Below the pieces are notes generated by a model. That model searched no databases. It was not told the origin of the DNA and worked only from the letters and a program-made list of their open reading frames with translations. Positions 34,633-44,500 of a stretch of DNA of 64,000 nucleotides are shown here, piece by piece. Location of the stretch: IMG/VR virus record IMGVR_UViG_3300025580_000012, positions 7,475-71,474 of that record; one strand, written 5' to 3'. The stretch comes from a virus. Lineage: Duplodnaviria > Caudoviricetes. Numbering within the stretch: position 1 is the first letter of the stretch; every line of letters starts with the position of its first letter. The translations under genes were made by a program, and so were the position numbers.

Positions 34633-37257
34633 ATGCCAGTCGATCCGCGCAAGCCCTTCCTCGCCGATCCGGACGTTGCGGGTCGGCTGGCCCGTCGGCT
34701 GGCCCACCGGGCCGACCTCGGCGTGACCGCCCAGGCGGAGGTCGCGTGCGACGTGTGCGGCACGGAGATCCCGTACGGCGAGGAGGTCGTGGAGGGGGGA
34801 CCTCCCCAGCGCGACCGCCGCTACTACCACGAGAAGTGTCGGCCGGCTGCCTTCGAGGAAGAGTGGCCAGGCGCCAAGAAGTGGCGAAACGCGGGCAGGA
34901 CGGCCCAGTCGTGGGCGCGGCCGAGCGACACGGCCCACACGGTCGTCTGGTTCTACACGGCTGAGTCGATCAAGCCGACCACCGAGGTGACGGCTGAGGT
35001 GGTGGTCAGCCCGATCAAGCGGGCCCAGGGGCTCCAGGGGCGAGAGCGACTCCACCCCGCGACCGGCATGCTGTTCCTCCAGCCGGGCGGGCCGGTCGAG
35101 CGACCCGAGCGCTACCACATGGGGTCGGTCGCGTTCCCGATCGACATCGTCTTCCTCCGACGGACCGGCGAGATCGGCCGCATCATCCACGACATTCAGC
35201 CGGGCTCGAAGGGGACGTGGGGCTACCCCACCACCGCGGCCGTCATCGAGTTGGTCGGGGGGTTCTGCCGGGCGCACGGCATCCGCGAGGGCGACCGGGT
35301 CGGATTCGGCAAGGTGGGGCGCGTAGCGGCCGCCCGACATACAAGCGGGGCGACCGCTACAACCACCCGTCGAGCTGAGGCGTTCCGGGCGCTCCGGTGC
35401 CCCGCGTGCGGGACGAATCGCGCGGTCCAGGCGGCCGGGCAGACGTGGGGGTCGGCCGAGATGGCCGGCAAGATGGCGGAGGCGGGCGAGCGGACGGCTC
35501 GATGCCTCGGGTGCGGGTACGAGGGGTCGATCGCCGCCTTCGATACCCCCCTGCCGACCGAGTACCGCATGAGGGCTGGTCGGACTGCGCAGGCATCCTG
35601 CCCGAAGTGTCAGTCGACCGAGTTTTCTCGGGATTACGGCTGCGCGTCGTGCGGGTGGACTGGCCATTGCCAGGCGTGCGGGGGCACCGATAGCGGGGCA
35701 CACGGGAAATGCACCTCGTGCAAAGGGACGGGCTACTCGACCGAGATGCGGAAGCTCCGGGGCCTCTGCTCCAACTGCAACGGGTACGGCTGCGCGCTGT
35801 GCGGGGGAACGGGCGAGGCAAACCCCCGTCAGGCTTCCCGCCGGACCGCCTGGGGGGAGACGTGCGAGTGCGGTCACATGCGCGACCAGCACCAGGACCG
35901 CGAGCGTCAGCCCGGGCAGTCCTGCCTGGTGACGGGGTGCGGGTGCGGTGGGTGGAAGAAGGCGGCCCAGCTCGAACCCGGCCAGGCGATGTGCCGGTCG
36001 TGCGGGTGGTTCGGCCCTCGTGACGAGTTCGTCGACGTCTCGGACTACGGGCTCGGCGACGATGGTGGGATGGATGGGTTGCCCAAGCCCATGTGCCCGG
36101 ATTGCGGCGAGACGTCCATCAAGTTCGCCTCCCGCCGGGCCCTCATCACCTGCGGGTACTGCTACAGCCGCGCCCGCTGCGAGGGCAAGCCGTACGAGAC
36201 GATGGGCGATTCCTCGTGGAAGATGGACCCGGGGCTGTTCTGCTGCGACGAGTGCAAGCAGCACATCGAGGGCTGCCGGTACTGCCAAGAGGCTCGTGGG
36301 AATCCGACCTTCCGGTCGCTCGACGAGTTGCGCCAGCAGGTTGCCCGCCGGGCCCAGACCACGTGTCCTGACTGCGATGGCAAGGGATACACCGATGCGT
36401 CTTACTGCCCTCGGCGGTGCAACGGGGAGGATCCGAACTGCCCTGATTGCGATGGCAAGGGCTACGCTGATGCGGCCTACTGCCGGACGTGCGACACGTC
36501 CGGCCGCGCCGCTCAGATGTCCCCCATCCCCTCCGTCCCCTCCGCCAAGCCCGCCGAGGACTCGGGCAAGAAGAAGGGGAACGGGGAGGAGTGCGACGGG
36601 TGCGGCGTGTCAGCCCCCGGCCTCCTCCAGCCCGTCACGGACGGCATCTACGAGCCCAACCCAGCCGAGCCGGGCGCCGCCATCCAGCGGTTCCTCTGCC
36701 CCGACTGCATGGCGGTCGATCTGGACGAGGACGATGGGGACTGGGGTGGGATGGAGGAGGTCGCCCAGATGGTCGAGCCGCCCCCCGCCTGCAAGGCGTG
36801 CGGGCGGGATGCGACCGACGGGTACGAGATGCCCGGGCAAGGCATGCTCTGCCCGGATTGCTCGGACGACTACGTCGACAGCCAAGGGGGCGCCGAGCCG
36901 TTCGACCAAGAGGCCGACACCGTCGACTACATCGAGGAGGACGACGACCCCGAGTGGATCGAGCAGGATGACCACTTCGTCCAGTACCCGCCCGGCGAGG
37001 ACGAGCGGGATGCCGCCGGCACGTCCCACGACCTCCTCCGCAGCCTGACGGAAGCGAGTCGGAAGACGGCCACGTGGACGTTCCCGACCTACGAGGAGGC
37101 GTTCCAGTACGCCCAGCAGCAAGCGAACGCGACCGGCATCTCGATGGGGTTGGAGAAGCCGACCGCGTACGAGAAGGGCTGGAACGTCTCGTTCCTCCCG
37201 AAGCCCGCGAACCGGTCGGGCTGGGAGCTGCGTTGCCAAGTCGTGGATCCGATGTGA
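34633..37257 (+). CDS. Mosaic protein: DUF192 domain plus DnaJ-type CxxCxGxG and other zinc fingers
   Basis: RAQGLQGRERL...GMLF...HMGSVAFPIDIVFL...VIELVGG....GIREGDRV (DUF192); CTSCKGTG, CSNCNGYG, CALCGGTG, CPDCDGKG x2. Confidence 0.82.
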   Translation: MPVDPRKPFLADPDVAGRLARRLAHRADLGVTAQAEVACDVCGTEIPYGEEVVEGGPPQRDRRYYHEKCRPAAFEEEWPGAKKWRNAGRTAQSWARPSDTAHTVVWFYTAESIKPTTEVTAEVVVSPIKRAQGLQGRERLHPATGMLFLQPGGPVERPERYHMGSVAFPIDIVFLRRTGEIGRIIHDIQPGSKGTWGYPTTAAVIELVGGFCRAHGIREGDRVGFGKVGRVAAARHTSGATATTTRRAEAFRALRCPACGTNRAVQAAGQTWGSAEMAGKMAEAGERTARCLGCGYEGSIAAFDTPLPTEYRMRAGRTAQASCPKCQSTEFSRDYGCASCGWTGHCQACGGTDSGAHGKCTSCKGTGYSTEMRKLRGLCSNCNGYGCALCGGTGEANPRQASRRTAWGETCECGHMRDQHQDRERQPGQSCLVTGCGCGGWKKAAQLEPGQAMCRSCGWFGPRDEFVDVSDYGLGDDGGMDGLPKPMCPDCGETSIKFASRRALITCGYCYSRARCEGKPYETMGDSSWKMDPGLFCCDECKQHIEGCRYCQEARGNPTFRSLDELRQQVARRAQTTCPDCDGKGYTDASYCPRRCNGEDPNCPDCDGKGYADAAYCRTCDTSGRAAQMSPIPSVPSAKPAEDSGKKKGNGEECDGCGVSAPGLLQPVTDGIYEPNPAEPGAAIQRFLCPDCMAVDLDEDDGDWGGMEEVAQMVEPPPACKACGRDATDGYEMPGQGMLCPDCSDDYVDSQGGAEPFDQEADTVDYIEEDDDPEWIEQDDHFVQYPPGEDERDAAGTSHDLLRSLTEASRKTATWTFPTYEEAFQYAQQQANATGISMGLEKPTAYEKGWNVSFLPKPANRSGWELRCQVVDPM
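36364..36474 (+). repeat. 75-bp-period coding direct repeat (CPDCDGKGY x2)
   Basis: TGTCCTGACTGCGATGGCAAGGGATACACCGATGCG at 36364 vs TGCCCTGATTGCGATGGCAAGGGCTACGCTGATGCG at 36439. Confidence 0.85.
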
Positions 37258-37267
37258 GGGGCGCGGT

Positions 37268-37906
37268 GTGGAGCGAACGACCGCACAACGACAGGATCGC
37301 GCCCGCGGGACGGTAGCGCCGGCCAACCCCCGACAGCCCCAGTCCCACGAGGACGCCGATATCCCGGAGCGGTGGACGTCCGACGACGCCTACACGCCCG
37401 ATTGGTCGAGCGAGCAGGGCCGCGACCCCTCGACATCCACCTACCAGGAAGGACCGATGACGCGGGCGGGCGCCGACGACCACCCCCACACGACCGCGAT
37501 GGTCGCGTTCATCATCCCCGACGACGTCGCCAAGGAGATCGAGCGGCAGGTCCGCGAAGTGGCGGGCGACGAGGCGGTCGCGTGGAACCAGCTCCACTGC
37601 ACGCTCTGCTGTTTCGACGCCCCGCCCAGCGACGACGAGGCCGACCTGGTCGTCGAGATCGTCCGGCGGGTGTGCCGCGAGTACGGGCCTGTCACGCTCC
37701 GGTTCACCGGTTTTGGTCAGTTCGATGCGTCGGACTCCAGCGATGGGGTTTACCCACTTGTCGCCCTTGTTGATGGGGGGAGCGCTCTGACCGACCTTCG
37801 TGCTGCTATCGTCAATGCCTTGGAGGATGCAGGGGTTCCGGTTCGCAAGAACTTCGGGTTTCAGCCGCACGTCACTGTCGCGTACTTGACGGAGTCACTC
37901 CTGTGA
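37268..37906 (+). CDS. 2H phosphoesterase (2'-5' RNA ligase / Acb1-like), N-terminal part of a split gene
   Basis: Two HxT motifs (HCT at 37595, HVT at 37868) with FTGFGQF between them; ends a few residues after the second motif; alternative start ATG 37457. Confidence 0.85.
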   Translation: MERTTAQRQDRARGTVAPANPRQPQSHEDADIPERWTSDDAYTPDWSSEQGRDPSTSTYQEGPMTRAGADDHPHTTAMVAFIIPDDVAKEIERQVREVAGDEAVAWNQLHCTLCCFDAPPSDDEADLVVEIVRRVCREYGPVTLRFTGFGQFDASDSSDGVYPLVALVDGGSALTDLRAAIVNALEDAGVPVRKNFGFQPHVTVAYLTESLL

Positions 37907-38577
37907 GGAAGCTGCGAGTACATCGCGCTGAACTGCCGGCTGTCGCTGCTGGTGAGAAGGCGTGTCGACGGTGTCATGAGCCGTTGTCGCTGGACTCATT
38001 TGCTCGTGATTGCCGAGCGGGGGATGGTCGAAAGGCGTACTGCCGAAAATGTGCGGAGCTGTACCGCAAGGAGTGGTCTGAGCGAAACCCAGGTGCGGCT
38101 GCTGCGTCTACTGAGACATGGAGGGTGGGCAACCGTGACCATGTACTGAGCTGGAAGCGCGCGTACAACGCACGCTCGGAGGTACTGGTTCGTCATGCCG
38201 ATGAAGAAGCAAGACGACGTGCCAGGAGGACAGTCGAGCAGGTCAAGGCAGAGCGGGCCTATTTCCGCGCTTACTACCAGGCCAATCGAGCTGCGTATGA
38301 CGCTCACCGCCAAAACAGGAAGGCTCGGCTCTTGGCTGTTGGCGGGCGGATCACAGCGGTCGATGTCCGTCACGCGTTCAGCATGCAAGGCGGTACGTGC
38401 GCCTACTGCCCGGCGGATCTTACGCAGGGCTATGAGGTTGATCACAAGATGCCGGTCAGCAGAGGAGGGTCCAACACGCCGGAGAACATTTGCCTGGCAT
38501 GCCGACCCTGCAACCGAAGCAAGCATGCCAAGACGGTCGATGAATTCATCGCCTGGAGGCTTCGGCGATGCGCGTGA
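37903..38577 (+). mobile_element. HNH homing endonuclease gene inserted between the halves of the 2H-polyvalent gene
   Basis: CRRC..YCRKC; CAYC, EVDHKMPVSRGGSNTPENICLACRPCNRSK; lower GC3; overlaps both neighbours. Confidence 0.88.
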
Positions 38578-41500
38578 TTTCTTCGCTTCTGCCGCCGTCC
38601 GTGGAGTGGACGGCTGATGCGGTCGACATCGCGCTCGGTGATACCCGTGAACCAGACGCCCGCATCGAGCAGGTTGCGCTGCCCGGCGAACCCCGGACGG
38701 CGGCGGGCTGGTGGGAGGGGGCCAGCTACCAGGAGCAGGTCGACTACATCAAGCTGCACCCCCGCACCAAGAAGAAGATCACCGCGCCCAAGCCGGAGGG
38801 CGCCGAGGACCCGCCCGAGCGGCCCGCCCCGAAACCCCGCAAGAAGAAGGAGAAGGCGGAGGAGCCCGAGAAGGAGCCCGAGGTCCAGCCCGAGGACGAG
38901 CCGGACGACAAGCCCGAGGACCCCCCGTTCCCCGATCGCGAGCGCGACGACCTGGAGGAGCGGGCGCCCACCTCGACGACCGTCCCGTCCAACGAGGAAG
39001 CGACCCGTGTGCTCGACAGCCTCGACGACAAGCTCCGGGACCTCCGGCGCGCCCGCGAGGAGGTCGTCTCATCGGAGTGGCGGATCCAGACGACCGAGCA
39101 GGACATCGCCTACATCGATTCCGTCTCGCCCGAGCGGCTCAAGCGGTTCGAGGACCGCCGCAAGTCCCTGACCGACGAAGTCCGTCCCCTGCGGGACAAG
39201 TGGGAGCGGGCGGACCGGTGGGACCGCGACCCAGCCGACAAGAAGCGGATCGACAAGCTCGAAGACGCCATCCACACGCTCGACGGCCGGCTCCGCTCGA
39301 TGGACTCGGCCCTCCGGGACGACCGGGTCGAGCGGCTCGAATACCATCGCAAGCGGCTCGAAGAGGCCCGCGCGGACGTCGAGCGCCTCACCCCCGAGGT
39401 CGACGACTTGCGCGAGCGGCTCGGCATGCCGATCGGCGACGCCTACCTCCGGTTCTCCAAGGAGACGGTCGAGCAGGATGGCCAGAGCGACGCGGTCGTC
39501 GAGGCCGGTCAGGCGGTCGTGTTCGACGAGATCCTCAACGACCTGCGGGTCGGCTACATGGCCGCTTCCGAGGAGGACCGCAAGATCCTCGGGGAAGCGA
39601 TCGAAATGGCCGCGGTCGTCAAGACGCCGAAGGGGGGCAAGGCGCTCCTCCGGTACGTCGAGGCGAACGCCCGGCGGCTCGGCAGCGATGTGGCCGCCCG
39701 CGTGAAGAACGCGATCCATGAGCGCATCCTCGTGCTCAAGGGCGGGGGCGGGCCCGAGCAACTCCGCGAGGAGGTCGCGGCCGCCCGCAAGATCAAGCTG
39801 GAGGATGTTTCCAGGCGGGCGCCCAAGCACACGACCACCGAGGAGGTCGCGGGCGCCTACGATCTCAAGGCGATCGATCTGGGCGACATGCCCGACAAGG
39901 TCGCCGGCTACTACCGGGCCGGCATTGCCAACGCCCTCGAAGACCTCGCCGCCGCCCTGGGCTTCAAGTTGGCTGGCCTGGGTCGGCTGTCCATCCGGGT
40001 CGAGCCCGGCCGAGAGGTCAAGGGGATCACGTCGGGGGCGGCCGGCCAGTACCGCCCCGACACCCAAGAGGTCATCATCGCGGCCGCTCACGCCGACTCG
40101 ATCGCCCACGAGCTTGGCCACGCCCTCGACTTCATGGGGTTCAACGAGACGTCCGGCAAAGAGGCGGGCGACTGGATGACGCCCGAGACATCCATCCTGG
40201 GGGACGCGGCCGTCTACAAGGAGCAGACCGAGTACGAAAAGAAGCACGCCGCCCCCGACCTGGACGTCGAGGCGCTCAAGCGGCTGGCCGACGGGGAGGA
40301 CGACGGGTCGGGCAAGCGGGAGGCGGCAGCCGTCTTGGCCGTCCTGGCCGACTCCGACTTCTACCGGCGCGCGAAGGTGCGGGACCGCGAGATGGTCGAG
40401 TACGGAACGGCCGTCTACTGGCAGCGGCCCTGCGAGATGTTCGCCCGCGTGTTCGAGCAGTACGTCTGGTGGAAGCTCAAGGAAGCGGGGAAGGTCAACC
40501 CATTCCTGACGAAGCGGTCCTACTCGGGGGAGGACCGGCACTACCGGGACTTCTGGGGGTCGAGCAAGACGCAGTCGTCCGTCTACCTCGACGACGACGA
40601 GTTCGAGCGGGTCCGCGACCCCTTCGAGAAGATGGTGGAGCGGTTCAAGGAAACGGGTCTGCTGAAGAAGGCGGTGCTGGCGATGTTGGGCTTGACGGCC
40701 GGGACATGTCGGAACTGCGGACCCGGCGCGACGCTGGAGCAGGCCGGCTACGGTCGCGCGGACGTTTGCTCGTCGTGCGGGAAGGATCCCCGCCCCCTCG
40801 TTACCCCGGTCGACTGGGTGTTCCAGGAGGGCGACAACATCTGGCGTCGGGTCATGTCGTGCGGCCACACGGGGGACCGGATGCACGACTTCGAGGCATA
40901 CCAGTACGGCATCACCCGTGTGACGGACCCGTCGGTCAAGCCGAACGCCCCGCCCGCTCCGAAGAAGCGGCGCTGCGACGCGTGCTGGTACGAGTACCGG
41001 ACCGCCAGCGCTGACCTCGCCGGTCAGGTCCACGCGTCCTCGTGGGACATCTACCAGGCCGCCCGCCAACTCGACCGCTTCGACTTCATCGCCGTGTTCG
41101 TCGCGAGGATGACGAAGACGTCGGCCAACCGGGAGGCCGTCAACGGCATGATCGTCCGGCCGAAGGATAGGGGGTGGACGTACGGGTTCCACGGGGGGCC
41201 GGCCAGTACATCGGGGCCGATCGACTCCGCCGCCTTGTTCGATGCCATTCGCCGGACCGACCTCAACTTCTACGTCCGGCAGGCCGAGGACTACCGGGTC
41301 GACGCCCACATGGGTCGGACGGTCGAGGGGCAGCGAGCCCTGTCGTGCCCGGAGTGCGGCGTCTCCCTCCGCCGCCGGACCCAGACGTGCCCGTCGTGCG
41401 GGGTCATGCTGGTCGGCTGGCCACAAGAGCCTTGCTTCGTGTGCGGCCGGCCGAGCCTGGCGGGCGGGGAGACGTGCGAGAAGTGCGGCAAGTGGCTCAA

Positions 41501-44500
41501 GGAGGTCGAGCGCCTGTCCCCCGAGCTGACCCGCGAGCAGGCCCTCCAGGTGCTCCAGCGGATCTACCGGGACGCATCCCTCCAGGCGGGCCCGACCCGT
41601 GGGCAGGACGTGTGCCGCCAGTGCGAGGAGGCCGATTGGTGCCCGGTCCACACCCCGTTCGCTGAGGACGGCCCCGCCCCGCCCGCGTTCAAGCCCCTCC
41701 CTCCAACCCCCAAGGCCGACCACACCCCGCCGCCTCCGCCGCCAGGGTTCTGGCCAGCTTGCGGGACGTGCGGCCAGGAACACGCCCCCGTCGACATCGA
41801 GGGGGACGCCCTGTTCGCCCTCCTCAAGTACCAGGGGTGTCCGAACGTTGGGCATCGGGCCTGCCCGTGCTGTTGGTGCCGCGACATGGCCGACAAGAAC
41901 ACCCTGCTGGCGAGCCTTGGCGTCACAGCCGACTGGTTCGACGACATGTCGCCCGCCGAGCAGGCGAAGTACAAGAAGGACCACCCGCGGTCCAAGCGGC
42001 AGCCGACCAAGCAGGGTCCGGGTGAGCCCACGCAGGCCCCGCAGGGCGGGCCGGCCAAGAAGCCGCGCAAGCTCAAGAAGCCGCCCATTCAGGCTCCGGC
42101 CAAGACCGCGCCCCCCAAGACCGCGCCCCCGTCGATGAGCCAGGAGCCGTGGCCGACCTCGAAGGACACCGTCCTCTGGGACGACCAAGCCCCATCCGAG
42201 AAGGATGCCCCCGAACCCCCCGCCCCACCCAAGGAGCCGGCGTCGGGCGGGCTCGTCGGGCAAGCCACCAGGTTGGCGGATGGGCTGGAGCGCAACCTCG
42301 ACGAAGCCCTCGGGGACGTCCGCGAGTTCGCCGACCGCCTCGAAGGCAACGCCCGGGAAGCCCTCGATCAAGGAGTACAGGGCATCCGCCAAGTCGGTGC
42401 GGAAGTCAGGCGGCTGGCAGGAGCGCCTGGACGAGCCCTTCAACAGGCCGCTGGCGGCCTCGCGAGCCGTCTGCGAAACCTCGGCAAGGGGTTGTTCGCG
42501 CTGCTCGGGGAGGCCGCTGGCGGACCTATCCAGCGGCTCAAGCGGGTGGTCGACGGGGCGGCCGATTGGCTCGATGGAGTCGCCCACGGCATGGAGGTCC
42601 AGCTCGACGAGGTGCTGTTCGGAGCGTCCGACCGGAAAGCCCCGACCCCTCGCTTGTCGCCCGCCGCCGACCAACCGAAACCCGCGGGTCCCGGGTTCTT
42701 GTCCCGCCTGACAGAAGCGGGCGGCCAGCTCGCCGAGCGGGCCAAGCGGTTGCCTGCCGATGCCCGCCGCCTGTTCGACGACCCCGGTTACCGCGCGGAG
42801 GTCGGCCGGCAGGCCAGCGAGACGCTCCGCCGGAAGGGTCGGGCGGCCGTCCAGTTCATCAAGCACGACGTCGAACTGGCCCGGCGGGCTGGTGGGTCGA
42901 TCGCCAAGCTGTCGAGGGGCGAGCCACTCGACCAGCACGACAAGGAAGCGATCGGTCACGTCGCCCGCCAGGTTGCCAGCGCGGTGGTGGGGTCGTTGGC
43001 GATCGGGGGGCTCGCCCACCTGACGGCCGGGGCGCTCGCGGCCCACTGGGCCCTCGAAGCATCCGCCAAGGCGGTCACCAAGGCCGCCCGTTTCGCCAGG
43101 CGTGCCCAGGCGGGCGAGGTGGGTGGGTTCGTTGACGAGTTGGTTGCGATGATGGCAGAAGAGGCCGACCAATTTGGTCAGGCGGATGATGATGGCCTGA
43201 CCCGCTTGCTCGAAGGGATCCCGGAGGACCGGATGGACAAGACGCTCGCATCGCTCGGGATCAAATACGAGGCGGTCCCGTGGAACGATGAGTACCAGGA
43301 GCGCGCGAAAGCGTCCGTCGCCCGCATGACCTCCGAGGACATCGGCGACTGGGACCGCGACAACCTGACCGAGTTGATCGCGGCTGGCTGGCGGAATTAC
43401 GAGGCGATCACCGGCAAGAAGCCGGACGGGTTCGACGGGAAGCATGTGGGCATCGGCGACGACGACTTCATCTGCCCGACGCGTGTCGTCCCCCTGACCG
43501 CCGACACGGAGGCCGAGTTCCTCCGGTGGATTGGGGTGACGGCCCAGTTCGATGGGGGCGAGGGCGAGGAGAAGGACGAGGACGATGCCGACTTCAAGGT
43601 CGGCGATGACGTGACCCTCAAGGAGACGATGCTGGGCCTTCGTCAGGGCGACGTCGGTGAAGTGGTCGGCGTGCAGGGCTACATGATCGGCGTCGCCTTC
43701 AAGGACCACCCCCAGGCCGCCATCTACCTCGACAAGGATCTGCTCGACAAGCAGTCGGGCGGCGACGAGGAAGAGGGGGATGGGGAGGGGGGCGGCGAGG
43801 GCCTGTCGGTCCCGTCACCGGTGGCCGCCAGCCTCCGGCGCGCCTACGAAGATGAGCGGGGCTGGGAGCGGGGCAGCGATGGCGTCCGGGAGCACCGGCG
43901 CGTCATGGAAGAGGCGCTCGACCGCCCGCTCAAGTCGACCGAGGACGTCCACCACAAGAACGAGGACAAGAAGGACAACCGCCCCGAGAACCTCGAAGTC
44001 ATCGACCACGCCGAGCACACCCGCGAGCACAAGACGTTGGCGGCCCTCGGCATCACGGCCGACTGGTGGTCGGACCTCGGGGAAGCCGGGCAGGCGCAGT
44101 ACCTCAAGGACCACCCCAAGTCCGAGAAGGCCAAGGAGCTGCGCGACAAGCAGAAGGGCCCCAAGACCGACAAGCCGAAGCGCCCGCGCTACACCCCGCC
44201 GGCCAAGCCGGCCGATTGGGTCGACCACCCCAAGTGGGAGGGGCTCGACGACGCGACCCGCTCGACCCTCACCGACCACCACATCGACGACGACACGTGG
44301 GACTCGATGTCGGGGGCGGCCCGCTACAACACCATCAAGGAGATCGGGCAGGGCAAGCCGGCCGCCGAGCCAACCGCCCCCGATATCCAGTGGCACGCGG
44401 ACATCTGGAAGGCCCGGCAGGACGGCGACGACGCCAAGGTCCAGGAGTTGATCAAGCAGGGGCCGCCCGATGACGCGCCCAAGAAGATGGCCCCGCAGGC

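Noticed and set aside
37904-38591. Group I intron around the HNH gene
   Set aside because: The HNH ORF overlaps both flanks, leaving no non-coding space; no recognisable P7 or terminal-G context; the downstream exon has its own RBS and ATG. Not formally excluded without RT-PCR
39069-43709. Very long reverse-strand ORFs (this 1546-aa one, also 46513-49374, 29812-32034, 53453-55984 and others)
   Set aside because: Antisense shadows of GC3-rich + strand genes; low-complexity V/L/G/R translations with no family motifs
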